From Niabella sp. (GTDB lineage Bacteria; Bacteroidota; Bacteroidia; Chitinophagales; Chitinophagaceae), in assembly GCA_027493055.1 (NCBI GenBank), contig JAPUDO010000126.1, positions 11,901 through 75,900 on the forward strand: a stretch of DNA of 64,000 nucleotides, read 5' to 3'. Both the position numbers and the translations under genes were made by a program. Shown in pieces: positions 27,540 to 38,275 of the stretch (positions are counted from its first letter, which is position 1; every line of letters starts with the position of its first letter). The notes below the pieces were generated by a model, which made no database searches, was not told the DNA's origin, and saw nothing but the letters and a program-made list of their open reading frames with translations.

Positions 27540-28679
27540 TTAGCCCTGCACTTTTTCGAGAGGCTGCTTTGTAGAAAGGTCAATAACCTTGGAAGTGGCT
27601 CTTTTGGCCTGCAGGTCGGAAATGATCTGCCTTTGCATAACCAGCTTGCGCCGTGATAAAGTAGAATAAAGGAGGCCAATGATGACAAATGAAAAAGCAA
27701 ACATAGTGATGAGCATCAGCGTATCATTTGATCCTTTAGCAAAATAGACAGCAGCAATAACTGTAATATTAACAGAAACACAGATCAAAGTAATAGCAGA
27801 ATGGCTCAAACCTTTATCTAATAATATGTGATGAATATGATTCCTGTCAGGAGAGAACGGCGAACGGCCTTTTAATATTCTTATAGAAAATACTCTTATA
27901 GTATCTACCAACGGGATAAGTATAAGCGAGATGCCGATAACAGTAGCGGAGGGAATAGGCAATACAGCAGCCGGACTGGAAGCTGTATTAATAAATTTTA
28001 ACACCAGCACAGAACAGATCAGCCCTACTAATAATGACCCGCAATCCCCCATAAAAATTTTGGCAGGATGAAAATTAAAAATTAAAAAGGCCAGTAATGC
28101 TGCTGATAAAGAAAATGAAAGGGCTGCGTAGGCGGCTAAACCGGCAAAACCAAAATAAGTTCCTAACAGTAAAGACACCATCAGGCCTAAGCCGCCAGCC
28201 AGCCCGTCAATACCATCAATTAAGTTAAAAGCATTAATAACCAATATCATGGTTATATAAGTTAAAGGGATACTATACATAGGAACCAGCTCATCAACAC
28301 CAAAAAGACCATACAGACTTTCAATCCTTATACCGCCAAAATGTATAATAATACCCGCGGCTATGATCTGGGCTACAAATTTTTTAAAAGCCGAAAGCGC
28401 TATAATATCATCTCTAAGCCCTATAAAAAAAATAATGAACATGGAAGCAAAAAAATATTGAAATTCAGGGAAAGACTGAAAATCAGCACTTACAAGGCAG
28501 GAAAAAACTATAGCTATAAACACACCTATGCCTCCCAAAGAAGCGATTGTATGCTTATGAAGCTTTCTTTCATCGGGTATATCGTATAATTTCTTTTTAT
28601 CCGCAATATGTATTATTACAGGTATCGCCAGAAAAGCAACTATAAACGAAATTATAGCGGTTACGAGTAGCTGGGGCAT
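27540..28679 (-). CDS. MraY/WecA-family polyprenyl-phosphate HexNAc-1-phosphate transferase
   Basis: NAFNLIDGIDGLA, FNFHPAKIFMGDCGS and PFSPDRNHIHH. Confidence 0.92.
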   Translation of the reverse strand: MPQLLVTAIISFIVAFLAIPVIIHIADKKKLYDIPDERKLHKHTIASLGGIGVFIAIVFSCLVSADFQSFPEFQYFFASMFIIFFIGLRDDIIALSAFKKFVAQIIAAGIIIHFGGIRIESLYGLFGVDELVPMYSIPLTYITMILVINAFNLIDGIDGLAGGLGLMVSLLLGTYFGFAGLAAYAALSFSLSAALLAFLIFNFHPAKIFMGDCGSLLVGLICSVLVLKFINTASSPAAVLPIPSATVIGISLILIPLVDTIRVFSIRILKGRSPFSPDRNHIHHILLDKGLSHSAITLICVSVNITVIAAVYFAKGSNDTLMLITMFAFSFVIIGLLYSTLSRRKLVMQRQIISDLQAKRATSKVIDLSTKQPLEKVQG

Positions 28680-28829
28680 TCAATAAGGATTAAGGTGGCA
28701 CAAAAGTAGACATTCTTACTCCTAAAAACAACTTTCGAGCCATTTTTTTAGATTTGGGCATCCATCAAACATTATTTCAACCTTTTATAAAAAAACCTCA
28801 TTTTTGCATTTCATCAAAAAACAGAAGCG

Positions 28830-29663
28830 ATGGCAACTTTGCAGGAAATAGCATCTCAGGTACGAAGAGATATAGTAAGAATGGTACATGGCGCCCAAAG
28901 CGGGCATCCTGGCGGCTCATTAGGCTGTGCCGATTTTTTAACCGCCCTTTATTTTAAAACAATGGAACATGATCCTTCTTTTAATATGGAAGGTAAAAAT
29001 GAAAACCTTTTCTTTCTATCCAACGGGCATATTTCCCCGGTATTTTATTCGGTATTGGCGCGATCTGGTTATTTTGACGTAAAAGAACTGGCCACTTTCA
29101 GAAAAATCAACAGCCGTCTTCAGGGACATCCAGCCACTCATGAGCACTTACCAGGCATTAGGGTAGCCAGCGGATCTTTAGGCCAGGGGCTAAGCGTAGC
29201 TATTGGCGCAGCATTAGCAAAAAAACTGAACGGAGATGACAAACTGGTTTATTCCCTGCATGGCGATGGAGAGTTGAACGAAGGGCAAATATGGGAAGCT
29301 ATCATGTTTGCCGCACATCACAAAGTGGATAACCTGATCAGTACTGTAGACTGGAATGGCCAGCAAATTGACGGGCCTACCGAAAAAGTCTTAAATATGG
29401 GTAACCTGCATGAAAAATTTGAAGTTTTCGGATGGCATGTATTAGAGATGAATGGTAACGATATGGACGATGTTATAGCTGTTTTAGATAAAGCTAAAGC
29501 TGCATCAGGACAAGGCAAACCTGTTGCCATTATGATGCATACTATAATGGGCAAGGGTGTAGATTTTATGGAAAACGACCACGGATGGCATGGTATTGCT
29601 CCCAATGATGAGCAGCTTTCCAAAGCGCTGGCGCAGCTGCCCGAAACATTAGGTGACTATTAA
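28830..29663 (+). CDS. Transketolase N-terminal (TPP-binding) subunit
   Basis: SGHPGGSLG, SGSLGQGLS, GDGELNEGQIWEA and WHG; split-type transketolase whose C-subunit is not adjacent. Confidence 0.93.
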   Translation: MATLQEIASQVRRDIVRMVHGAQSGHPGGSLGCADFLTALYFKTMEHDPSFNMEGKNENLFFLSNGHISPVFYSVLARSGYFDVKELATFRKINSRLQGHPATHEHLPGIRVASGSLGQGLSVAIGAALAKKLNGDDKLVYSLHGDGELNEGQIWEAIMFAAHHKVDNLISTVDWNGQQIDGPTEKVLNMGNLHEKFEVFGWHVLEMNGNDMDDVIAVLDKAKAASGQGKPVAIMMHTIMGKGVDFMENDHGWHGIAPNDEQLSKALAQLPETLGDY

Positions 29664-29701
29664 AATATCAATTGCATTGCATACAAAAGCCTGGATATAC
29701 T

Positions 29702-30445
29702 TTATTCAGGCTTTTCTTTATATAAGCTTCCGTTCAAAAGTCTCATCCGATAGGCATTCATAGCTGTTTTGCCCAGCTTTTTGACAAGCGTATAGTTGGC
29801 AATTATACCAACCGGAGCGCCAATTACCGGTAAAAGCTGCGCCATTTTTGCAAGATCAAGATAGTCCCTGTATTCCTGCTGAAATTTACGCCACTCAAAC
29901 TGGTTGATGTCTTCAGGAAGCTGGTCTGCAATATTGTTCCAGTCAGCCAGCCTTTGATAGACTTCTTTACTGTGCCGGCGGCCCGAAAATGCCAGCTCGA
30001 AAATGTGAAGCAAATAAACCCGCTCTTTATAACCGTTCAGATCAAAGCCATAAGTAGCTGCTATTTCATATAACAGCTTTAGCTTAAGCGCCAGCAAAAC
30101 AGGAAAATCAGCAAGCCCGAGAAATATACCCCCGGCTCCTGTAATGCCACCCTCTATAGCAGCGGTACTGCGGTAAAACTTTATCTTTTCTTTTACTACC
30201 AGCTCTCTTTCAAACAAAGTAGCATTTTGCAGGGGTTTTGGCGTGGTATATTTTGCACCAAACAATACAGCCTTTACCATTTGCCTGATCGTTGCAGTAA
30301 TAGCGTTGTGTACTTTTTCCGGGATATATGAGTTGATTTTATCCTGGGTTCCCTTGGATAACCTGCTGAACAACCCCGGATTTCTCATCATATCAATCTG
30401 CCATTTCCGCAACTCGTTCTGTGCCGTTATTTCATAACCCGTCAT
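29702..30445 (-). CDS. EcsC-family protein
   Basis: EGGITGAGGIFLGLADFP and WRKFQQEYRDYLDLAKMAQLLPVIGA. Confidence 0.85.
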   Translation of the reverse strand: MTGYEITAQNELRKWQIDMMRNPGLFSRLSKGTQDKINSYIPEKVHNAITATIRQMVKAVLFGAKYTTPKPLQNATLFERELVVKEKIKFYRSTAAIEGGITGAGGIFLGLADFPVLLALKLKLLYEIAATYGFDLNGYKERVYLLHIFELAFSGRRHSKEVYQRLADWNNIADQLPEDINQFEWRKFQQEYRDYLDLAKMAQLLPVIGAPVGIIANYTLVKKLGKTAMNAYRMRLLNGSLYKEKPE

Positions 30446-30489
30446 ACTTATATCCTTTCAAAAACTATACCCTGCCTCAGCCTTAAATA

Positions 30490-30527
30490 AAAATACCGGC
30501 CGGAAGCAATTTCCGGCCGGTAAAAAG
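30490..30527 (-). terminator. Intrinsic terminator after the ara operon
   Basis: TACCGGCCGGAA/TTCCGGCCGGTA 12-bp stem with flanking A tracts. Confidence 0.8.
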
Positions 30528-30543
30528 TAAAATATGCTACACA

Positions 30544-32277
30544 CTACCAGAACCTTACATATATGGCAGTCAGCAGCAATAAAGTAACTACAATCAGGAT
30601 CATTGTTCTTGGATCTACCTTGAACATTTTACTATCTATTGCGAATGCTTTTGGATTCACCTTAGGTCCTGCAAGGCTGATAGCAATCATAACGGCAACC
30701 GTAATTACAAACGACCAGCCCATATTAATGAGGAATGGTATTTCAGTAATGGTGTGCACTACGCCTTTCTCCATCTTTTCATAAGTAAATGCTGTGTACA
30801 TCCATGTTTCTTTACCAAACAGCTCTACCGCATACCCGTTAAAAAATATGGCCAGCAGGAAGCCCAGTATCACACCCACAAGAGCAGCCGTACCGGTTGT
30901 CCGCTTCCAGAACATGCCTAACAGGAACATGGCAAATACGCCGGGGCTGATAAATCCTGTGTATTTCTGAATAAAAGTAAAGCCACCCTCGCCGCCAATG
31001 CCTAAAGCATCAGTCCACGTAAAGGCCAGGGCAATTAACATGGAAATAATAATAGCCCATCTGCCCGTTCTTACCATTTGAATTTCAGTAGCCTCTTTTT
31101 TCAGATACTTTTTGAAAATATCAAGAGTATAAATAGTAGAAATGCTGTTTACCTTTCCGGCTAAAGAGGCAACAATAGCCGCAGTAAGAGCCGCCACAGC
31201 CAACCCTTTAAGGCCTACCGGTAAAAAGCCCAGTATGGCAGAATACGCCCCGTCCTTAACACCGCTGAAACCTGGCAACTGCCCTTTAGTATATAATACA
31301 TAAGCAGCAATACCGGGAAGCATTACAATGATAGGCATGAACAGCTTCAGAAATCCTGCGAATAAGATACCTGTACGGGCTGTCTTCAGATCAGCACCCA
31401 AAGCACGTTGAGTGATGTACTGGTTGCAACCCCAATAATTCAGGTTTACAATCCACTGTCCCGCAAAATACATTGCCAGGCCAGGCAACACCACGTACTT
31501 CTGCACATCAAGGTTTTCCGGCATACTTAAAGTGGTAGTGGTAACCGTTGGCTTGTCAAGCATTAGCTTAAAGTGCTGGGGAGCTTCGCTCATCAGGGCT
31601 TTAAACCCGGCAATAGCGCTCCCGGTTACAGCACCATTGATACGCTGATCCACAATTTGCAAAGCCATATACACAGTTGCAAATCCGCCAATAATAAGTA
31701 CCGCCACCTGGATAACATCTGTATAACCAATCACCTTCATACCGCCCAAACCAATCAGCAATGCCATCACCAGCAGCACAATCATTATAATATGCAGATA
31801 ACCTCCGCCTAATAATGTATCTATTGCCAGAGCACCCAGGTAAAGTATGGACGTAAGGTTTACTATAACATATAAAAACAGCCAGAATACCGCCATAATG
31901 AGCGACACAGACTTATTATACCTTGTTTCCAGGAACTGGGGCATGGTATAAATCTTATTCTTTAAATAGATGGGAATAAACCATACCGCAATAATAATCA
32001 GCGCAATGGCGGCAATCCATTCATAAGCAGCCACAGCTACTCCCACAAAAAAACCTTCCCCGCTCATACCAATAAATTGCTCAGCAGAAATGTTGGAAGC
32101 GATCAGCGATGCCCCGATAGCCCACCATGTCAAAGACCCTTCTGCCAGAAAATAATCATGTGAAGCTGAAACAGTTGCCTTTTTCTTACGCATATAAACC
32201 CAATAACCATAAGATGCAACAAGAATAAAATACACGAAAAAGACAACATAGTCCAGTGTGCCCAAGTTACTACTCAT
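30544..32277 (-). CDS. Sodium:solute (sugar) symporter, probably L-arabinose uptake
   Basis: SSS motifs DYFLAEGSLTWWAIGASLIASNISAEQFIG and YWGCNQYITQRAL; last gene of the ara operon. Confidence 0.92.
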   Translation of the reverse strand: MSSNLGTLDYVVFFVYFILVASYGYWVYMRKKKATVSASHDYFLAEGSLTWWAIGASLIASNISAEQFIGMSGEGFFVGVAVAAYEWIAAIALIIIAVWFIPIYLKNKIYTMPQFLETRYNKSVSLIMAVFWLFLYVIVNLTSILYLGALAIDTLLGGGYLHIIMIVLLVMALLIGLGGMKVIGYTDVIQVAVLIIGGFATVYMALQIVDQRINGAVTGSAIAGFKALMSEAPQHFKLMLDKPTVTTTTLSMPENLDVQKYVVLPGLAMYFAGQWIVNLNYWGCNQYITQRALGADLKTARTGILFAGFLKLFMPIIVMLPGIAAYVLYTKGQLPGFSGVKDGAYSAILGFLPVGLKGLAVAALTAAIVASLAGKVNSISTIYTLDIFKKYLKKEATEIQMVRTGRWAIIISMLIALAFTWTDALGIGGEGGFTFIQKYTGFISPGVFAMFLLGMFWKRTTGTAALVGVILGFLLAIFFNGYAVELFGKETWMYTAFTYEKMEKGVVHTITEIPFLINMGWSFVITVAVMIAISLAGPKVNPKAFAIDSKMFKVDPRTMILIVVTLLLLTAIYVRFW

Positions 32278-32350
32278 AATGACAGCATTAAATTTTTTAT
32301 ATAATATTTGCTAATATAACTAATAAATAAATCGTGAAACCTAATTTATT

Positions 32351-33853
32351 TTAAGATTTATTCAATTGATAATATACATCTCTCCACCGTAATTCATTCA
32401 TAAAACGATACCGCTTGGTGTCTTTGCCGATCAATGTAAACTCTATACCCGCCATATCAGCAAAATCTTCCAGGTGCTCAGCTGTCAGGTTTTGAGAATA
32501 ACCGGTATGATGGGCACCGCCAGCTAAAATCCAGGCAGCACAGCCGGTATTCATATCAGGATAAGGCCTCCAGAGTACGCGTGCCACAGGCAATTTCGGC
32601 AAATCATCCTGAGGCTCTAAAGCTTCCACTTCATTTACCAATAAACGGAAACGGTTGCCCATATCCATAATAGAAGCATTTAAAGCGGCGCCACCCGGAG
32701 CATTAAACACCAGCCTTACAGGATCTTCTTTACCGCCAATTCCCAACGGATGCACTTCTACCTTTGCCTTACCGCTGGCAATACTGGGACAGATCTCCAG
32801 CATGTGAGAACCTAATACCAGGGCATTATTGGGATCAAAATGATACGTATAATCCTCCATAAAGCTGTTACCACCCGGCAATCCCGCACCCATCACTTTC
32901 ATAGCACGAACCAAAGCAGCGGTTTTCCAGTCGCCTTCACCGGCAAAACCATAACCGGCGGCCATCATGCGTTGAGAACCAATACCAGGCAGCTGTTTCA
33001 TACCATAAAGGTCTTCAAACGTATCACTGTAGCCTTTAAAATTACCATCCTCAAGAAAATGCTTTAACCCCAGTTCAATCTTTGCTGCATCCAGTAAGGA
33101 CTGATATTGAGGCCCGCGCTGATGCAGGCTTTCCATTACCTCATAGGTTTCAAAATATTCTTTCAGCAACGCCTCTGTTTCGGCGTCTGTTACCTCGTTG
33201 ATCACTTTTACAAGATCGCCGATACCATGTGTATTAACGCTGTATCCAAAGCGCAGTTCAGCTTCTACTTTATCACCGTCAGTTACAGCCACATAACGCA
33301 TATTATCTCCAAAGCGAACAAACCTCGCACCCTGCCAGTCATGCCATCCGGCCGCAGCCCTTGCCCACACAGCAATACGCGCTATAGCATTATCGTCTTT
33401 CCAATGTCCCACTACCACTTTGCGGCGTTTGCGCATACGGCTTACCATAAAACCAAATTCCCTGTCGCCATGTGCCGACTGGTTCGTGTTCATAAAGTCC
33501 ATATCAATAGACCCCCACGGAATATCCCTGTTGTACTGTGTATGGAAATGCAATAATGGCTTATGTAAAATTTTCAACCCATTGATCCACATTTTAGCCG
33601 GAGAAAAAGTGTGCATCCAGGTAATTACGCCAATACAATCCTTACTGTGATTGGCGTCTGAACAAAACGCATAAATTTCTTCGGTAGACTTCAGCGTTCC
33701 TTTGTACACAACCGTCACCGGAATATCGGCATGATCGTTAATATAAGCAGCAATCTCCCTGGAATGCTGATCCACTTCAATGAGCGTTTGCGCTCCGTAA
33801 AGGTTCTGGCTACCTGTTGCAAACCAAACCTCCAGCTTTTTAAGATCTATCAT
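32351..33853 (-). CDS. araA: L-arabinose isomerase
   Basis: [40 protein letters not shown] and GGAHH. Confidence 0.97.
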   Translation of the reverse strand: MIDLKKLEVWFATGSQNLYGAQTLIEVDQHSREIAAYINDHADIPVTVVYKGTLKSTEEIYAFCSDANHSKDCIGVITWMHTFSPAKMWINGLKILHKPLLHFHTQYNRDIPWGSIDMDFMNTNQSAHGDREFGFMVSRMRKRRKVVVGHWKDDNAIARIAVWARAAAGWHDWQGARFVRFGDNMRYVAVTDGDKVEAELRFGYSVNTHGIGDLVKVINEVTDAETEALLKEYFETYEVMESLHQRGPQYQSLLDAAKIELGLKHFLEDGNFKGYSDTFEDLYGMKQLPGIGSQRMMAAGYGFAGEGDWKTAALVRAMKVMGAGLPGGNSFMEDYTYHFDPNNALVLGSHMLEICPSIASGKAKVEVHPLGIGGKEDPVRLVFNAPGGAALNASIMDMGNRFRLLVNEVEALEPQDDLPKLPVARVLWRPYPDMNTGCAAWILAGGAHHTGYSQNLTAEHLEDFADMAGIEFTLIGKDTKRYRFMNELRWRDVYYQLNKS

Positions 33854-33883
33854 TGAGTTTTTTATTTTGTTATCAACTATTTA

Positions 33884-33946
33884 AGATGACAGTTGAAAGT
33901 TGACAGATGACAGTAGTGCTGTCATCACCTATTCTCCGTCAACTAA
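33884..33946. repeat. Heptamer palindrome at the araD/araA junction
   Basis: AGATGAC AGTTGAA AGTTGAC AGATGAC AG followed by CTGTCATC...GTCAACT; same unit as in hemC. Confidence 0.8.
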
Positions 33947-34651
33947 CTATATTCCCGACTGCCCGTAATAACTGTCCGGACCGTGTTTACGCTCATAATG
34001 CTTATTAATTAAAACATCCTTCAATCTTGGCGCCTGGGGATTGATCTGCTCTGTCAGCAAAGCCATTTTTGCTACCTGTTCCAGCACAGCACTGTTATGC
34101 ACCGCTTTTGCTGCATGCTTTCCCCAGGTAAAAGGTGCATGGTTACCTACCAGAACCATTTCCACTTCTTTATAATCAAGTCCCTTATCATTGAAGCAGT
34201 TCATGATCTGGAACCCTGTTTCATATTCATAATTCCCTTTGATCATTTCATCGCTCATAGGAGGTGCACACGGAATATCAACTGTATTATAATCTGCATG
34301 CGTAGTTCCGAAAATAGGGATATCTCTTTGTGACTGGGCCCACGCAGTAGCATAAGTAGAGTGCGTATGCACAATTCCTCCAATATTTTCCCAGTGCTTA
34401 TATAATACTGCATGGGTTTTGGTATCGGAAGAGGGATTCAATGTTCCTTCCACTGTGTTACCATCAAAGTCCACAATCACCATCTTTTCCGGTGAAAGAT
34501 CATCATAAGCCACACCGCTAGGCTTAATAGCAAAAACACCCTGGCTGCGGTCAGCTTCACTTACGTTTCCAAAAGTAAACAGTACAAGCCCCAGTTTTGG
34601 TAACTGCATGTTGGCCTCATAGGCCGCTTCGCGAATGTATTTGTAGTTCAT
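33947..34651 (-). CDS. araD: L-ribulose-5-phosphate 4-epimerase
   Basis: FTFGNVS, IKPSGV, PSSDTKTH, GIVHTHS and HYERKHG. Confidence 0.97.
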   Translation of the reverse strand: MNYKYIREAAYEANMQLPKLGLVLFTFGNVSEADRSQGVFAIKPSGVAYDDLSPEKMVIVDFDGNTVEGTLNPSSDTKTHAVLYKHWENIGGIVHTHSTYATAWAQSQRDIPIFGTTHADYNTVDIPCAPPMSDEMIKGNYEYETGFQIMNCFNDKGLDYKEVEMVLVGNHAPFTWGKHAAKAVHNSAVLEQVAKMALLTEQINPQAPRLKDVLINKHYERKHGPDSYYGQSGI

Positions 34652-34663
34652 ATTCTGTTATTG

Positions 34664-34710
34664 TGTCCATGGTCGATAGTCCATGGTCCATTGACTATCG
34701 GCTATCGACT
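34664..34710. repeat. Heptamer palindrome at the araB/araD junction
   Basis: GTCCAT GGTCGAT AGTCCAT GGTCCAT TGACTAT CGGCTAT CGACT; GGTCGATAGTC pairs with GGCTATCGACT. Confidence 0.8.
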
Positions 34711-36349
34711 AAATGCTTTCCTCAATAAATTTTCCAAATGCTTCATATTGCTTCATACGTTTTGCGTAATAGGCCACGTTTTCGGGGATAGGATGGTATT
34801 CAGCATCAAAACCCTGGCCCATAGCCTTCATAGCATCGTTGACACTGGGATATAAACCGGCTACAGTTGCAGCAAACATGGCAGCGCCTGCAGCACAGGT
34901 TTGCTCAGATTTATGGATCTTGATAGGCATATTCATTACATCCGCCATTACCTGCATGATATATGGAGATTTCTTAGCTACTCCCCCTACCCCGATCAAT
35001 CCTTTCACCGGCACCCCTTCGCTGATAAACCTGTCAACTATTGCCCGCGCGCCAAAACAACTGGCTTCTACCAAAGCCTTAAAAATAGCAGGGGCATCGC
35101 TGCCCAGGTTCAGCCCCATAATGGCGCCTTTCATTAACTGGCTGGCATCGGGGGTACGGCGGCCGTTAAGCCAATCTACTGCCAGCTCATCTTCCTCATG
35201 CAGGGGAAGTTTAGCAGCAGCTTCCGAAAGTTCTTTTATGATCTTCGATCCAATGGTTTTTTGCAAATCTGCATCATCCAAAAACTGCAATGGCCAGGAA
35301 ATTAGATGCTTAAACCATGCATAAATATCTCCAAAAGCACTTTGTCCGGCTTCCAAACCAATCATTCCGGGAATCACCGAGCCATGCACCTGTCCACAGA
35401 TCCCGCGCACCAGCTTATCTCCAAACTCCTCTACGGGTACCACTAACATATCGCAGGTAGACGTGCCCATTACTTTACTTAGATAGTAAGGCTCTATCTG
35501 GCCGCCAACAGCGCCCATGTGCGCATCAAAAGCACCAATACCTACTATAACATCTGTACTCAGACCTAGTTTTTCTGCCCATTTTTCAGATAAATTTCCG
35601 GCTGCCAGGTCCGCAGTATAGGTATCAGCAGGCAGCTTTGAAGTAAAGCCTTCCAGTAGCGGGTCGAGGGAAGCGAAAAAGTCATTAGGCGGAAACCCTC
35701 CAAATGCTTCTGACCAGATACCTTTATGCCCCGCAGAGCAAACCCCGCGCTTAATATCTTTTACATCCTTTCCCCCCGTAAGAAGAAATGGCAGCCAGTC
35801 GCAATGCTCTACCCAGCTTGCTGTTGCGTTTCGCACTTTTTCATCTTCACGGAATACATGCAGCAGCTTTGCCCAGAACCATTCGCTGGAATATATGCCT
35901 CCTACATATTGCAGGTAGTTGGTATCAAATTTTGCAGCATGCCGGTTTATTTCATCCGCTTCCTTTATAGAAGTGTGGTCTTTCCATAAAACAAACATCG
36001 CATTAGGATTCTCAGCAAACTCAGCACTTAGCGCAAGCGGCGTACCCGTTGCATCTACAGCAACAGGAGTGGAACCCGTTGTGTCCACAGAAATACCTTT
36101 TACATTCCTGGCTACTTCAGGCCCGGCTTTTTCCAGGCACTCCTTAACAGTATGCACCAATCCCTCTACATAATCCAGCGGATGCTGGCGGAACTGGTTG
36201 GCAGCGGGATTACAATACAAACCTTTTTTCCAGCGCGGATATTCAAATACGGCAGCAGCAACTTCTTCCCCGTTACCTGCATTTAAAATAACCGATCTTA
36301 CAGAATCAGATCCGTAATCTACTCCTATTACATAAGCGTATTGAGACAT
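34709..36349 (-). CDS. araB: Ribulokinase
   Basis: GVDYGSDSVR, DTTGSTP, LWKDH, YSSEWFWAK, GAFDAHMGAVG and DWLNGRRTP. Confidence 0.96.
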   Translation of the reverse strand: MSQYAYVIGVDYGSDSVRSVILNAGNGEEVAAAVFEYPRWKKGLYCNPAANQFRQHPLDYVEGLVHTVKECLEKAGPEVARNVKGISVDTTGSTPVAVDATGTPLALSAEFAENPNAMFVLWKDHTSIKEADEINRHAAKFDTNYLQYVGGIYSSEWFWAKLLHVFREDEKVRNATASWVEHCDWLPFLLTGGKDVKDIKRGVCSAGHKGIWSEAFGGFPPNDFFASLDPLLEGFTSKLPADTYTADLAAGNLSEKWAEKLGLSTDVIVGIGAFDAHMGAVGGQIEPYYLSKVMGTSTCDMLVVPVEEFGDKLVRGICGQVHGSVIPGMIGLEAGQSAFGDIYAWFKHLISWPLQFLDDADLQKTIGSKIIKELSEAAAKLPLHEEDELAVDWLNGRRTPDASQLMKGAIMGLNLGSDAPAIFKALVEASCFGARAIVDRFISEGVPVKGLIGVGGVAKKSPYIMQVMADVMNMPIKIHKSEQTCAAGAAMFAATVAGLYPSVNDAMKAMGQGFDAEYHPIPENVAYYAKRMKQYEAFGKFIEESI

Positions 36350-36410
36350 GGCAGCATAAATTTTTAAGTGCGCTAAATTAAGAAAAAAATATTAATTGTA
36401 CCAATTACAA

Positions 36411-37382
36411 TTATTTTATTTTATTTAACATTACTCCTTCGTTTGTAATGATAACCGGCTTTATCAAACCGGCTTTATCAAATTCCATTTTATCTATGCA
36501 AACTACCCTTGCATTTCCATCTTTCTCACCCAAAGGCCTGCGGTGATAAACAATATAATATTCCTCCTTTCCCGGGATTTGCAGTACAGAGTGATGCCCC
36601 GCACCGGTAGCTATAGCGGGATTTTGCTCAAGGATTTTACCAATCCTTTTAAACGGGCCCAAAGGGGAATCAGCAATAGCATAGGCAACACAATAATCAG
36701 GACCGGTCCATCCCCCTTCTGACCACATAAAATAGTATTTTCCGTTCCTGATGAACATAAACGGCCCTTCTACATACTTTTCAGGAGTAACTTCTTTAAA
36801 AACCGAGCCATCCTCAAAAGGAACAAATCCCGTAAAATCCTTTTTTAGTTTCGCAACATTGCAATGACGCCAGCCACCATAATATATATAATACTGCCCA
36901 TCCTTATCTTTAAATACAAACTGGTCAATAGGTTGTGCCCCATTGTAAAATTTATCAATCAGCGGTTTTCCCAGGTAATCTTTATAAGGTCCCCAGGGTT
37001 TGTTGGAAACGCCAATGCCAATACCACCATACTCATTATTACTTTGAATGTCATTAGCTGCAAAAAACAGGAAGTATTTTTTATGTTTCTTCACAATAGC
37101 GGGAGCCCACATAGCTATCCGCGCCCACTTTACGGCGCTTGTGTCAATGATTTTTTCATGTTTTTTCCAGCTGACCAGATCCTTAGACGAAAAGGCATCG
37201 AGGAATACCTGCTTTTCGTAAGGAGCAGAATAAGTAGGAAATATCCAGAAGTTCTTTTTGAACACAGCCACTTCAGGATCGGCATACCAGCCAGGAAAAA
37301 CAGGGTTACCGGGGCCCGGGGCCTGGCCGTATAACCCGGCACCAAAAATCATCCCCATAAAAATTAATATCATTCTTTTCAT
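36411..37382 (-). CDS. Exported glycoside hydrolase family 43 (arabinofuranosidase/arabinanase-like)
   Basis: WYADPE, MWAPA, IDQF, EGPF and GHHSV; start probably ATG 37382. Confidence 0.9.
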   Translation of the reverse strand: MKRMILIFMGMIFGAGLYGQAPGPGNPVFPGWYADPEVAVFKKNFWIFPTYSAPYEKQVFLDAFSSKDLVSWKKHEKIIDTSAVKWARIAMWAPAIVKKHKKYFLFFAANDIQSNNEYGGIGIGVSNKPWGPYKDYLGKPLIDKFYNGAQPIDQFVFKDKDGQYYIYYGGWRHCNVAKLKKDFTGFVPFEDGSVFKEVTPEKYVEGPFMFIRNGKYYFMWSEGGWTGPDYCVAYAIADSPLGPFKRIGKILEQNPAIATGAGHHSVLQIPGKEEYYIVYHRRPLGEKDGNARVVCIDKMEFDKAGLIKPVIITNEGVMLNKIK

Positions 37383-37501
37383 ACGTATATATGCCTGTGC
37401 TTTTTGTAAAGGCAATAGGTACTAAGATACAGAATAGCATTTAACACAAAATCCTTGGTATCAATTTTGTTTAGACTAACTAATACTAAATCAGTTAAAC
37501 T

Positions 37502-38272
37502 ATGAAGGCGATATGGACAGGCGCTATCGGATTTGGGCTGGTTAATATACCGGTAAAGCTCTATTCAGCAACAGAAGAAAGCAACCCCGACCTGGATATG
37601 CTGGATAAAAAAGACCACAGCCGCATCCGGTTTAAAAGAGTGAATGAAAAAACAGGCAGGGAAGTGGAATGGGGAAATATTGTAAAAGGTTATGAGTATG
37701 AGGGGAAGTACGTGGTATTGGATGATAAGGATTTTGAGAAAGCCAGTCCTGAGAAATCTAAAATCCTGTCAATAGACAGCTTCGTAAAAGAAGAAGAGAT
37801 CGACAGCATTTATTTTGAAACACCTTACTATTCAGAGCCGCAGAAAAACGGGGAGGCAGCTTATACCCTCTTGGTGGAAGCGCTGAAAAAGACGCAAATG
37901 GCAGGAGTAGGAACCTTTGTAATGCGCAATAAAGAAGCATTAGGAATATTAAGGCCCTACAATGACATTTTGTTATTTCAACGGATACGTTATGAAGAAG
38001 AGATCAGGAAAACATCGGAGCTTACTATTCCTAAAAGAACCGTAAAACCTGCCGAACTGAAAATGGCCGTTACCTTAATTGATCAGCTCTCAGAAAAATT
38101 TGACATTTCCGCTTATAAAAACACTTATTCTGCCAAACTGATGAAAATAATAGAGGCAAAGGCAAAAGGTAAAAAAGTGGCAGCCCCCAAACTGAGCGTG
38201 GCGCACATTAAATCAAAAGACCTCATGGAACAATTAAAAGCCAGTCTCTCACTGAAGAAGAAAGCCTCATAG
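37502..38272 (+). CDS. ku: NHEJ DNA-end-binding protein Ku
   Basis: MKAIWTGAIGFGLVNIPVKLYSAT and DLMEQLKASL. Confidence 0.96.
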   Translation: MKAIWTGAIGFGLVNIPVKLYSATEESNPDLDMLDKKDHSRIRFKRVNEKTGREVEWGNIVKGYEYEGKYVVLDDKDFEKASPEKSKILSIDSFVKEEEIDSIYFETPYYSEPQKNGEAAYTLLVEALKKTQMAGVGTFVMRNKEALGILRPYNDILLFQRIRYEEEIRKTSELTIPKRTVKPAELKMAVTLIDQLSEKFDISAYKNTYSAKLMKIIEAKAKGKKVAAPKLSVAHIKSKDLMEQLKASLSLKKKAS

Positions 38273-38275
38273 AAT

